A stretch of DNA of 58,589 nucleotides from a virus (IMGVR_UViG_3300037046_000004:1-58589); one strand, 5' to 3'; counted from the first letter of the stretch, positions 46,349 through 55,881 are shown. The notes: a model not told the origin generated them from the letters alone. Numbers and translations: made by a program.

Positions 46349-48127
46349 ATGATTGAACCGGCGATTGCTTATGACGTTGAAACCACGGGGCTTCACCGCT
46401 TCCAAGGTTCCCGAATGTTCGCGCTTGCCACGTGTGACGGTGACAGGAATTCCGAAGTGTGGCGCGTTGACGGGAAGCAACAGGTGGAAGGAATGGCGCG
46501 GCTTCGTGACTTCTGGGGGAAGGACCAAGACACACCGAAGGTGATGCACAACGCCAAGTTTGACCTTGCTTTCACTGAACAAGCTGTGGGCTTCAGCCTT
46601 CAAGACCACCGCATACACGATACATACATCATGTCACGCTTGGTTCAATCGGACCACTACAGCCACGCGCTTGATGATGTGGCGTGGGACTTGTCCGGGT
46701 TCACGCGTGAACATGACCGGGCAATTAAGCCGTACATCCGGGGGAACCGGAATTATGAAAAGGTGCCGCCGCACTTGATGCGGGCGTATCAGGTGGCGGA
46801 CGTGGAACGCACACAGCTTCTCTATCAGTTCTTCTACCCGAAGATTGCGGCGGACCCGAAGCTGTTGGACGTGTACCGGGTGGAACTGGAACTTCTTTGG
46901 GTCACGATGCGAATGGAAGCGCGGGGGATTTGTCTGGACGTGGGGCGGACGCTGAAGCTGATTGAAGAATTGAAGGTCAAGGCTGAACAGGTGAAGGAAC
47001 GCGTGAAGCACCGGGTGGGGAACGCCACGTTTGACCCCGGTTCACCCCAGAAGGTTGCCGCGTTGTTGTATGGGGAACTTGGTTACCCGGTGCTGAAGAA
47101 GACCAAGGGCACGCGGAAACCCAGCACGGACAAAGACGCGCTGTCACAGTTGCACGAATTCAAACAGCACCCGGTTCTTGATGACATCATTGAATACCGG
47201 TCATGGGTCCGGGGGCAATCCACGCTTGCCAGTTACATTGACTTTCAGGACGAAAAGGGGCGCGTGCATTGCAACATCAAAACCGCCGGGGCAGTCACCG
47301 GGCGTGAAGCGTGCGCTGACCCCAACCTTCAGAACGTGGAAAAAGAAGGCCAGCTTCGGAACCCGTTCCCGGTTCCAGCCCGGCGCTGTTTCCGCCCAGC
47401 GGTGGGCTTCGTGAACTTCCATGTGGACTATGCGGGTATTGAACTTCGTATCCTAGTCCACTATTCGGATGACGCCCGGATGTTGGAGTGTCTGAACCAC
47501 GGTGACGGTGACGTGCATTCATTGGCGGCTTCGGTGTTCTACGGAAAGCGCTTCACTGAATGTGTGGACAAAGACACGCGGAAGACGTTGAGAAACGCGG
47601 CGAAGAACGCCAACTTTGCCATTCCATATGGGGCATCAGCGGCGAAGGTTGCGGCAACGCTGGGGCTGGGGCTGGCTGAAGCCACAAAGCGCTATGCGAT
47701 TTACAAGGCAACCTTCCCCGGACTGTCCGGGCTGTCCAACACAATCGCGGGATGGGTGCGGCGTGATGGATTCGTGAAGACCGCGTTCGGGCGAATCATC
47801 CACGTGCCCAAGCACCAAGCATACATCGGCACGAACTACACGGTGCAAGGTACAGCGGCGGACGTGCTGAAGCGTGCCCAAGTCCGGTTGGGTCCGTGGT
47901 TGGAGAAGGAAACCGGCGGACGCGTTCAGATGATTCTTCCCATTCACGATGAACTGATTATTGAAGTTCCGCGTGACATGCTGGGGGAGTGCAAGGAACT
48001 GTTCCGGGGCATCAGGCACGAAATGATTCGGGACTTTATGCCGCCGTTGAAGGTTCCGCTTGAAGTTGAAGTGGACTACACAACGCGGGATTGGGCAACC
48101 AAGACCCACTACCCGTTAAGCGCGTGA
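46349..48127 (+). CDS. polA: DNA polymerase family A (3'-5' exonuclease and polymerase)
   Basis: DVETTG, HNAKFD, Y...D; TGR, PNLQN, DYAGIELR, R..AK..NF...YG, HDEL. Confidence 0.93.
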   Translation: MIEPAIAYDVETTGLHRFQGSRMFALATCDGDRNSEVWRVDGKQQVEGMARLRDFWGKDQDTPKVMHNAKFDLAFTEQAVGFSLQDHRIHDTYIMSRLVQSDHYSHALDDVAWDLSGFTREHDRAIKPYIRGNRNYEKVPPHLMRAYQVADVERTQLLYQFFYPKIAADPKLLDVYRVELELLWVTMRMEARGICLDVGRTLKLIEELKVKAEQVKERVKHRVGNATFDPGSPQKVAALLYGELGYPVLKKTKGTRKPSTDKDALSQLHEFKQHPVLDDIIEYRSWVRGQSTLASYIDFQDEKGRVHCNIKTAGAVTGREACADPNLQNVEKEGQLRNPFPVPARRCFRPAVGFVNFHVDYAGIELRILVHYSDDARMLECLNHGDGDVHSLAASVFYGKRFTECVDKDTRKTLRNAAKNANFAIPYGASAAKVAATLGLGLAEATKRYAIYKATFPGLSGLSNTIAGWVRRDGFVKTAFGRIIHVPKHQAYIGTNYTVQGTAADVLKRAQVRLGPWLEKETGGRVQMILPIHDELIIEVPRDMLGECKELFRGIRHEMIRDFMPPLKVPLEVEVDYTTRDWATKTHYPLSA

Positions 48128-48140
48128 AAGGGGGGATGGA

Positions 48141-48416
48141 ATGGGGCGGATGCAAAACAACACGAACAAGGTGTTGCGTGGCGAACTGGCTGACCTGATT
48201 TGCCACGAAGCCGGGATTCAACGTCCGGTCAAGGCGAAGGTCACGGATGGTATCTATCTGAACCGTCAGGAAATGGTTGAACTGTTGGCGTTCGTTCAGT
48301 CATTGAAGCGGCGGTTCATCAAGCACAAGCAACGCGTGGGTGAAGTGGTGCCCGGAATGACGGTTGGTCCGAAGGTCAAAGGCAAGAAGCCGGGAAGGCT
48401 TTTCCAATGGCATTGA
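48141..48416 (+). CDS. Hypothetical protein
   Basis: GAAAGGGGGG RBS; overlaps the primase start. Confidence 0.6.
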   Translation: MGRMQNNTNKVLRGELADLICHEAGIQRPVKAKVTDGIYLNRQEMVELLAFVQSLKRRFIKHKQRVGEVVPGMTVGPKVKGKKPGRLFQWH

Positions 48417-50500
48417 AACAGAAGACGGACCCGCTTGAACAGAAGGTGTCAGCCTTCCGTCAACACGGGGTTGAATTCCACAAGCTGGCGGACGAACAGG
48501 CGAACGCTGATTGTCCGTTCTGTGGCGCGGAACGGAAGTGGTATTGTGACCCGGCTTCACGGCTGTGGGATTGCAAGAAATGCGGACGGCGCGGCAACCT
48601 TGCGGACTTCCTGACACAGCGTCACACCCAGTATGAAACCGAATTCAAAGGGGCGGTTGCAATCACGCTTGGGAAACACCGGGGCTTGACCATCAACACG
48701 CTTCGGGCGTGGGGGATTGGTTACAGCCCGCTGGGGGAGTTCTACAGCATCCCCACGTTCAAGGTTGCCGGGGGTGACCTGTGCAACCTTCAGCGGTACT
48801 ACCCGAACACCAAGCGGACGCTTGCCACCAGCGCGGGCGCTGTGGGCTGGATTCTGCCGAAGGAAGGGCTGAAGGGCACAAGCAAGGTGTGGGTGTGTGA
48901 AGGCGCGTGGGATGGTATGGCGTGCTGGGAAGCCTTGCGTGCGGCGGGTGTGGGTGATGACGTGGTGGCGGTTGCCGGGGCGAACGCAATGCCCAACACG
49001 TTCAACCACCTTGACCAAAAAGACGTTCTGTTGTGCTTTGACCATGACGGGGCGGGCTTTGAAGGGTCAAAGCGGGCACACAACATGCTGAACGGGGTTG
49101 CCCGCACCATGTCCTTCCTGCACTGGCCTTCCACGCTGAAGGAAGGCTATGACCTTCGGGACTTTTACCATGAACTGAAGAAGGACGGGAAGGCGTTCGT
49201 GACCGGGTGCCGGAAGATGCTAGGGGGCGGGCTTCCCCAGTGGGGAACCGCATCCATCCAACCCAGCCCGGACGGCGTGGCTGTGGCATCACCGGCACCG
49301 GAGTCAACCGGGAAAGGGCTGCCGCGTGCTGATGTGCTGAAGGCATACCGGAAGTGGTTGCACCTTCCCAGTGATGAACCCCTTGATGTGCTGTTCGGTA
49401 CGTTGTTCGGAAACCGGTTTGACGGTGAACCGCTGTGGGTGTTCTTGGTTGCCCCGCCGGGCGGGTCCAAGTCCGAATTAATCATGTCACTGATTAAAGA
49501 CCCGAACACATACGCCACCACGTCATTGACCCCGCACAGCCTTATCAGCGGGGCGAACTTCGGCGGGGGTGACCCCAGCCTGATACCCAAGCTGAACGGG
49601 AAGGTGCTGGCGGTGAAAGACTTCACCACCATCCTGTCAATGAATCAGATTGCCCGTGACGAAATCTTCGGGGTGCTTCGTGACGCGTATGACGGGCGGA
49701 CTGAAAAGCACTTCGGCAATGGAGTGATTCGCCGCTACGTCAGCAAGTTCGGCATCATTGCGGGTGTGACCCCGGCGATTGAACAGCACAGCGGGGCGGT
49801 ACTGGGTGAACGGTTCTTGAAGTACACGATACCAACCGTCAACACCTTGCGGACCGGCACGGCAACCATTCGTCAAGCGCTGGACAACCTGACACATGAA
49901 ACCGTGATGCGGGAAGAACTGACCACGGCGGCTTTTCAATGCCTTGACATCAAGGTGGACCGGCTGCCCACCGTCAGCGTGACGCTGAAGGAAAAGTTCA
50001 TCGGGGTTGCCCAATTCGTGGCGGACATGCGGGGCATGGTGGTTCGTGAGAAGTACACGGGCAACGTGTGCTTCAGACCCACAAGCGAAGTGGGCACGCG
50101 TCTTGCGAAGCAACTGATGAAGCTTGCAATGGGCATCAGCATCTTCAAGCGTGAAGCCGAAGTGTCAGCGGAAACCTTCCGCACCGTTCTACACGTGGCG
50201 CGTGACACGGCACCGGACCGGGTGCAAGACGTTATCAAGCAACTGTTCATTCGCTACCATGACGGACAGCACCACGGAACCAAGGCTATCAGCGATTGGA
50301 CGCACTACCCCCAGACAACCATTCTTCGGTTGCTCCAAGACATGGAACTGTTGCGGCTGGTGACGCGGAACGCCAAAGGTGAATACCGTCTAAGCCGGGC
50401 GCTGGGTGAACTGATTGAAACGCTTGGGCTGTACGATACGGAAACCGTGTGGTTCCAGCAAGCCCAACAACGGAAGCGCGGAAAGAAAGCGGGGGCTTGA
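48407..50500 (+). CDS. Primase-helicase (Zn finger, Toprim, MCM-like AAA+, winged helix)
   Basis: CPFC...CKKC, VCEGAWD, FDHDGAG, APPGGSKS, VKDFTT, LRDAYDG, LGERFL. Confidence 0.85.
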   Translation: MALKQKTDPLEQKVSAFRQHGVEFHKLADEQANADCPFCGAERKWYCDPASRLWDCKKCGRRGNLADFLTQRHTQYETEFKGAVAITLGKHRGLTINTLRAWGIGYSPLGEFYSIPTFKVAGGDLCNLQRYYPNTKRTLATSAGAVGWILPKEGLKGTSKVWVCEGAWDGMACWEALRAAGVGDDVVAVAGANAMPNTFNHLDQKDVLLCFDHDGAGFEGSKRAHNMLNGVARTMSFLHWPSTLKEGYDLRDFYHELKKDGKAFVTGCRKMLGGGLPQWGTASIQPSPDGVAVASPAPESTGKGLPRADVLKAYRKWLHLPSDEPLDVLFGTLFGNRFDGEPLWVFLVAPPGGSKSELIMSLIKDPNTYATTSLTPHSLISGANFGGGDPSLIPKLNGKVLAVKDFTTILSMNQIARDEIFGVLRDAYDGRTEKHFGNGVIRRYVSKFGIIAGVTPAIEQHSGAVLGERFLKYTIPTVNTLRTGTATIRQALDNLTHETVMREELTTAAFQCLDIKVDRLPTVSVTLKEKFIGVAQFVADMRGMVVREKYTGNVCFRPTSEVGTRLAKQLMKLAMGISIFKREAEVSAETFRTVLHVARDTAPDRVQDVIKQLFIRYHDGQHHGTKAISDWTHYPQTTILRLLQDMELLRLVTRNAKGEYRLSRALGELIETLGLYDTETVWFQQAQQRKRGKKAGA

Positions 50501-50502
50501 CC

Positions 50503-50784
50503 ATGCTTCAGGTGACAAGACGCGGAAAGGTTGTGTGGGTCCGGTTCAGTACGGACTTGACAGACGCGGGCACGGACGAAGGCAAGGAAGTCAGTGACGC
50601 CGTGGTGTGGTTCCGGCATGAATGCCCGGACATCATCAGCGCTGACCTGATGTGCCGGTACTTGGACACCCGGCTTGACAAAGCCGTGGAGAAGACCCGG
50701 CGGACGGAGTACCTGAAGGGCTACACGGACGGACGCGGGAAGAAACACCGGGCGTGTGCTTGGCCTTGCTTCCTTGAACGATAG
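50503..50784 (+). CDS. Hypothetical protein
   Basis: ATG 2 nt after the upstream stop; Y.KGY.DG motif. Confidence 0.6.
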   Translation: MLQVTRRGKVVWVRFSTDLTDAGTDEGKEVSDAVVWFRHECPDIISADLMCRYLDTRLDKAVEKTRRTEYLKGYTDGRGKKHRACAWPCFLER

Positions 50785-50793
50785 GGGTGACCC

Positions 50794-51447
50794 GTGCGTG
50801 TTTGCACCACCAAGAAGTATGAACAGCCGTGGCTTCTTCCGGGCTGCCGGTCCAAGAAGATGACAAGCCCACATGAAAAGACGTGTGTGGTGGGCGGCAT
50901 CTTTGAAGAACTGACGGCGGTGGTGTTGAAGGGGTCACGGTTGCAGATTGATTCAACGTATGAATGTTGCCCGGACGTGACCAAGCCCAACACCGTGATT
51001 GAATCCAAGGCGTCTTGCCGCACGTGTTTTGTCATCCATGAAAACCAACTGGTGAACTACCGAAGGCTTCACGAAGACCATTTGACTTCCGTGTGGTTCG
51101 CGCTGTGGCGTTACCGGAAGGTGGACGGGCTGCCGCCCACGGACGTGTTCACTGAACAGGTGGTTGCCGGGGTCCAAGACCTGTTCTTGGTTGACTTCCC
51201 AGTGGTGGAACGCTTGGCGGACTTGGCACCCACCATGTACTACATTCGGCACCGGGAAGGACGCGTTGCATACCGGCGGGTGGACAACCGGGCGCTGTCC
51301 GGGCTGTACGCTGACCCGGAAGGATTCGCGGGCGAAGGTTTCAAGGTCACCCGGCGGACCGTTCGGGCAACCATCAGCATTGACGGGGTGAAGCACACCA
51401 CACCACGGTTCCGGGTGGTCAGCGTGCTTGACCCGTTGCCGTTCTGA
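50794..51447 (+). CDS. Restriction endonuclease-like PD-(D/E)XK protein
   Basis: G.IFEE...PD......IESKAS; GGGGTGA RBS. Confidence 0.5.
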   Translation: MRVCTTKKYEQPWLLPGCRSKKMTSPHEKTCVVGGIFEELTAVVLKGSRLQIDSTYECCPDVTKPNTVIESKASCRTCFVIHENQLVNYRRLHEDHLTSVWFALWRYRKVDGLPPTDVFTEQVVAGVQDLFLVDFPVVERLADLAPTMYYIRHREGRVAYRRVDNRALSGLYADPEGFAGEGFKVTRRTVRATISIDGVKHTTPRFRVVSVLDPLPF

Positions 51448-51459
51448 ATGGGGTGAACC

Positions 51460-51669
51460 ATGAAAGTCATCATCCTGAAGGGTGGTCCGCTGGACGGTGT
51501 AGCCCATGAAGTTGAATATGGGTTCCCGATACCGGACCGGCTGGGGCTTCCTGATGACGAAGGAACAGCCCGGCACTGGTATGCCACGTGGACGGACCGG
51601 AAGCACGCGGGCTACATCGGAAGCGAACCGATTGACAAGCCGAAGCCCGGCGGGGTGAACCGTGGGTGA
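51460..51669 (+). CDS. Hypothetical protein
   Basis: GGGGTGA RBS; L.GGPLDG motif. Confidence 0.65.
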   Translation: MKVIILKGGPLDGVAHEVEYGFPIPDRLGLPDDEGTARHWYATWTDRKHAGYIGSEPIDKPKPGGVNRG

Positions 51670-52309
51670 CCATGCTGACGATGCGGTGAACGAAGCCCTT
51701 GATGCTTATTGGGATTGGGCACTTGATGACGAACCTGAAAACACGTTCGGTGACCGGCATTGCGTGCGGAAGTCACCGTTCCCGTTCCACCCGTGGCACG
51801 CACAGCCCCGGACCATGAACGCACTGAAGGCAGCCATTGACGCCAAGCGTCAGAAAGGGAAGAAGATGCCACCGCCCAAGAGAAAGCCGCCCACAGCCCA
51901 ACAGGACGCAAGCGCGGGGCTTCGGGTAGTCAAGGCGGACTTGACCCAGTTGACCAAGAAGCTTCCCCCAGCACGGAAGCCGGTGCCCGGTGCCGGGAAG
52001 ACCTTGATGGAAGTGTTTCATGGGTCCGGTGCCCCGCTGGGGTCACCCGCTGAATTCCCTGTCAGCGTCACCGGGCACACCCCCAGTGACGAACTGACAA
52101 CCTTGGTCATCGGGGCAGCCTTTGACGTGATGAAGCCCACCGCCAAGGCGTTCCCATCCATCCCGTTGACCACGCTGAACGGCGCGGAAATCCGGGCAGC
52201 CAGCAACGGGCGGTTCGTGTACTGGTGGGTGGGCGGCACGCTGTACGCGTTGCGGTTGGATGACGTGACGAACGCGGTGTTGAAGACCCACGCCAAAAGG
52301 GGCGGATGA
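51662..52309 (+). CDS. Hypothetical protein
   Basis: GGGGTGA RBS; MGDHADDA N-terminus. Confidence 0.6.
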   Translation: MGDHADDAVNEALDAYWDWALDDEPENTFGDRHCVRKSPFPFHPWHAQPRTMNALKAAIDAKRQKGKKMPPPKRKPPTAQQDASAGLRVVKADLTQLTKKLPPARKPVPGAGKTLMEVFHGSGAPLGSPAEFPVSVTGHTPSDELTTLVIGAAFDVMKPTAKAFPSIPLTTLNGAEIRAASNGRFVYWWVGGTLYALRLDDVTNAVLKTHAKRGG

Positions 52310-52518
52310 AAACACCAAGGTTTGGTGTGGTTTTCTTTCATAGTAGGTTCATAGGGGGGAAAAAGACCAATATACCAAAGGATGCCCCCCATATAGGGGT
52401 ATCCGGTCTATTTAGGAAATAAATAAAATAATATAATATATAATAAAAGGTATAAAAGATAATGATAGATAGGACCACCCCCCTACTAGGGGGTCAGGTA
52501 TTGGTATATTGGTGTTTT
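52309..52518. other. Inverted-repeat/AT-core element B (candidate replication origin)
   Basis: Arms 52360-52408 and 52473-52518 are imperfect inverted repeats around an A/T core; extra ACACCAA palindrome at 52309-52334. Confidence 0.55.
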
Positions 52519-52522
52519 GTTC

Positions 52523-52550
52523 TTGACATCGGGAAGGGGGTGGATAAGGT
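52523..52550 (+). promoter_or_regulatory. Possible sigma70 promoter
   Basis: Consensus TTGACA, 16-nt spacer, weak -10 (TAAGGT). Confidence 0.4.
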
Positions 52551-52557
52551 GCCCGGA

Positions 52558-52929
52558 ATGCGATATTCAGCATGGAACGGACCCCGTGAAAAGTACGTGC
52601 TTCGGAACGCCGAAGACCCCGAAAGCCTGACCGTGTGCCTTGGCATTCGGTGGGACACACAACGGCTGATGATTGGCGGACCCATCGGCATGTTGCGGAC
52701 GGCACGTAACATCATGGGGCATTATCGTGAATGGGAAGAAACGGAATGCGTGGATGAAGTCAAGACCGGAATAAACGCCGGGATGCGGTCACCGAAGTTC
52801 AAGCTGTACTACCGAAGCACAGCCAAGACCCCAAGCACACATCAACGTCACTGGCGTGAACTGGTGAAGCGATTGGAACAGGGGTGGGTTCTGATTCCGG
52901 TCAAGTCATTCAACCGGTTGGTGGGTTGA
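52558..52929 (+). CDS. Hypothetical protein (start uncertain)
   Basis: Open frame with genome-typical codon usage downstream of element B. Confidence 0.55.
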   Translation: MRYSAWNGPREKYVLRNAEDPESLTVCLGIRWDTQRLMIGGPIGMLRTARNIMGHYREWEETECVDEVKTGINAGMRSPKFKLYYRSTAKTPSTHQRHWRELVKRLEQGWVLIPVKSFNRLVG

Positions 52930-52931
52930 CC

Positions 52932-53105
52932 ATGCCTGATGAATACGTGTGTGGTTACCGTTGGAAGGTGACACAAGTTCACCGGGCGTGCCGTGACTGC
53001 CGGAAGGTTACGCGAATCCGGGTACGGCTGAAGGGTAAGTTCGTTCCGCTTTGCCCGGAGTGTTTCAGCCCAAAGATTCACATGAAAATCATCATGCAAA
53101 GGTGA
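52932..53105 (+). CDS. Small Zn-finger protein
   Basis: CRDC...CPEC. Confidence 0.55.
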   Translation: MPDEYVCGYRWKVTQVHRACRDCRKVTRIRVRLKGKFVPLCPECFSPKIHMKIIMQR

Positions 53106-53109
53106 CCAC

Positions 53110-53340
53110 ATGGCAGTCAAGAAGCTGGTGAAGGATTGGAAGTGGGCGTCCACTTTCAAGATGCCCTACGGGGTCCATGCCGGGCGGACGCTGGACAGCA
53201 TAGCGTCAGATGATGACGGGCTTCGGTATCTTGATTGGATGCGCGGGGAGAAGGACGCCGAAGAAGACAACGGAATGGTTGCCCAAGCGTTGCGGCTGTA
53301 CTTGGATGACCCAACCATAAAGCGTGAACTAGGGGGATGA
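53110..53340 (+). CDS. DUF3820/ExoX C-terminal-like small protein
   Basis: MPYG.H.G..L..I......YL.W. Confidence 0.6.
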   Translation: MAVKKLVKDWKWASTFKMPYGVHAGRTLDSIASDDDGLRYLDWMRGEKDAEEDNGMVAQALRLYLDDPTIKRELGG

Positions 53341-53341
53341 C

Positions 53342-53959
53342 ATGGCGAAGTGTGCCCGGTGTGAGAAGCAACAGGGAACCGTCACGTGCATGACGTGCCT
53401 TGCCCGGCTGTGCAGCGGTTGCGCTGACCGGTATGGACTGTGCCCGCGTTGTGAAGCGAAGAAGGAACAGGAAGCGAAGGACGCGGCACGAAAGAACCGC
53501 TTGACCAAGACAGAGAAGGAAGCGGGCGTTCATGGGATGACGAAGGAACAGCGCCAGCAAGTGGCGAACATGATTTATGCGGAAACGCAACGGATGCTTC
53601 TTGCAATCACCGGGGAACTTGTCCACATGCCGTTGGACGCGTTCCTTGCCCGGATTGACCGAAGCGAAGCCATTGCCCCGTTGATACACCCGGAAATCTA
53701 CCTGAAGGGAATGAAACAAATGCAAGCGGTGCGTGACATCGGGCGGGCGTTGAACGGTGCGGTGGAAGAACTGGAACGCGTGGTCATGGACGCCCCGGAC
53801 ACGATGGAAGAAACGGACGTGTGGCCTAACCTTCGGGCGTTGAAGGAATTTGTCAAAGCGAAGCGACAGGCGAAGGAAGACCGCAATGCCGCGAAGAAGG
53901 AAGCCGCACCGGAAGACAACGGAAGTGAAGCCGGGGAGAATAGACCCGCGAACGGGTGA
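53342..53959 (+). CDS. Hypothetical protein with N-terminal Zn finger
   Basis: Four CxxC pairs followed by a helical region. Confidence 0.65.
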   Translation: MAKCARCEKQQGTVTCMTCLARLCSGCADRYGLCPRCEAKKEQEAKDAARKNRLTKTEKEAGVHGMTKEQRQQVANMIYAETQRMLLAITGELVHMPLDAFLARIDRSEAIAPLIHPEIYLKGMKQMQAVRDIGRALNGAVEELERVVMDAPDTMEETDVWPNLRALKEFVKAKRQAKEDRNAAKKEAAPEDNGSEAGENRPANG

Positions 53960-54072
53960 ATGGGTTGTTCACGTGGGGCGGGTATCTGTGGGGATGCCCG
54001 TTAAGTGCTTCGCGTGTTCGTGCTGTGTGCGGACGGGCGAAGTGTGGCATTGCAAACAGGAAGGGGTGCGCT

Positions 54073-55050
54073 GTGGTCATCTATCATCATAATGACGCGG
54101 ATGGACAATGCGCGGCGGCTGTTGTGCTGTACGCGCTGGAACTGGACGTGTTGGCGGGTGACGATGACGTGACGTGCCGGGAACTGGATTACAAAGACGC
54201 GGATGCCGTGGACTTTCAGAAGCAAGTCAGGCGTGATGAACACGTGGTCATTGTAGACTTCAGCTTCAAGCCGCCCAAGTTCGCGGAACTGATGGAACGC
54301 ACACGATACGTGACGTGGTGTGACCACCACCGGACGGCGGCAAACTATGACTATGCGCGTGACGAAGGGAACCCATACGGTCAACGCATCAAGGGCTTGC
54401 GCGACTTCACGGACAAGGGTTTGTGTGGGGCTGAAGTGACGTGGTGTCACTTCATGGAACGGATGTGTGTGATTCCCACAGCGGTTGTTTTGCTGGGTGA
54501 CTATGACGCTTGGCGGATGCGTGACCCGGAACACTGTCTTCCGTTTTACGAAGGGTTGAAGCTGGTAGACACGGACCCAGAAGGAACGCTGTGGCCTGTG
54601 CTGTTCACCGAATCATCTGATGGGCGATTGGGTGACCTTGCGGAAGGAATCATCAAGAAGGGGTCAACGGCGATTCTGTACCGTGACCGATATTGCGGGA
54701 AGATGCGTACCAACTTCGGCGCAATCACGAAGTGGGAAGGGCTGACGTGTTACGTGTGCAACATCGGGCTGTTCGGGTCCAAGGGCTTCGGGGAACTGAT
54801 GGACCTGTTTGACGTGTGCATTTCGTATGTCCATGACGCCAAGACCGGGCGGTGGAACGTCAGCCTTTACAGCCTGAAGCGTGACGTGGGGCAGTTGGCG
54901 AAGAAGCACGGGGGCGGTGGGCACGCCGGGGCAGCGGGCTTCACGTGCGAAGCCGCACGGCTTCCGTGGTTGGTGGGGGAACTGAACCAAGAAGCCAAGG
55001 CTGAACGCTGCATCACGCGTGACAGCGAAGTGAAAGGGGGCACGCTGTGA
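54073..55050 (+). CDS. DHH/DHHA1 phosphoesterase
   Basis: YHH.DADG, IVDFS, WCDHH, CGA, D.D.W, SLYS, GGGGH.GAAGF; GTG 54073 after GAAGGGGTG RBS. Confidence 0.88.
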   Translation: MVIYHHNDADGQCAAAVVLYALELDVLAGDDDVTCRELDYKDADAVDFQKQVRRDEHVVIVDFSFKPPKFAELMERTRYVTWCDHHRTAANYDYARDEGNPYGQRIKGLRDFTDKGLCGAEVTWCHFMERMCVIPTAVVLLGDYDAWRMRDPEHCLPFYEGLKLVDTDPEGTLWPVLFTESSDGRLGDLAEGIIKKGSTAILYRDRYCGKMRTNFGAITKWEGLTCYVCNIGLFGSKGFGELMDLFDVCISYVHDAKTGRWNVSLYSLKRDVGQLAKKHGGGGHAGAAGFTCEAARLPWLVGELNQEAKAERCITRDSEVKGGTL

Positions 55051-55397
55051 CCTTCACCGATGAAGACCGATGGAAGAAGCTGTTGAAGGACGCGGAAGGC
55101 GACAACTACGGCAAGGCAATCATGCAGGTTGCTTCCCAGTGGGCGGACCTGATGGAATCCCAGATTGACAAGGGAATCCCGTTGGGGTCCGTGGCGTGGG
55201 TGCTGTTCAAGCTGGCGAACGAAGGGAAAGGGCTGTCAGGCTTTCAAGCCGGGTGTGCCGTTGAAGCGCTGGTGATGTGCTGGAAGCACGGGGAAACCTT
55301 GCGGCTGTGGTGGAACGAAGCGAACGAAGCGGAAGCGCTGAACGAAGTTGCTGGCGCTGTGGCGGACCCGTCAGCCTTGGGGGTGCGTGCGATATGA
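55047..55397 (+). CDS. Hypothetical protein
   Basis: YG......WA.LME, G.SGF, W.HGE.LR.WWN. Confidence 0.65.
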   Translation: MTFTDEDRWKKLLKDAEGDNYGKAIMQVASQWADLMESQIDKGIPLGSVAWVLFKLANEGKGLSGFQAGCAVEALVMCWKHGETLRLWWNEANEAEALNEVAGAVADPSALGVRAI

Positions 55398-55525
55398 TGG
55401 ACCGCGAACGGTGGGAAATGGTCAAGGTGGTGTTCGTGTGGGCAATGCCTTGGCTGGTGATTGCGCTGGGGCTGGCGCTTGCCTTCGCGGGCTTGGTGGC
55501 GTGCATCGTGACAAGGGTTCGGTGA
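55394..55525 (+). CDS. Small membrane protein
   Basis: ATGA coupling; long hydrophobic stretch. Confidence 0.5.
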   Translation: MMDRERWEMVKVVFVWAMPWLVIALGLALAFAGLVACIVTRVR

Positions 55526-55614
55526 AGATTCCATACGCGTCAGGAACCAAGATACTGCCCTTGGTTCACCCGATTAGCTGGCGCGTATGGTTTTTTTTTT
55601 GAAGGGGGTGACCG

Positions 55615-55881
55615 GTGCAAGTAGGTGACGTGGTGATTCCGATTCCCCCGGTGATGCTTGCGTCAGGAAGCGGGTATCACGATTGCGCTATCGTGGTTCA
55701 CATGACACCGCTGACGTTCGCGCTGTCATCCGTTGACGGTGACATGGTGTGGTTGCGGACCATTGAACCCGAAGACGTGAAGGCGTTGTGTCAGGCTGAC
55801 GCGAAGCTGGTGAAGCGCTTGGTCAAGGCGTTTGAACTGCGATACATGAAGACGGTCAAGGTCAAGAAGCGTTCAAGGTAG
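55615..55881 (+). CDS. Hypothetical protein
   Basis: GAAGGGGGTGA RBS. Confidence 0.6.
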   Translation: MQVGDVVIPIPPVMLASGSGYHDCAIVVHMTPLTFALSSVDGDMVWLRTIEPEDVKALCQADAKLVKRLVKAFELRYMKTVKVKKRSR

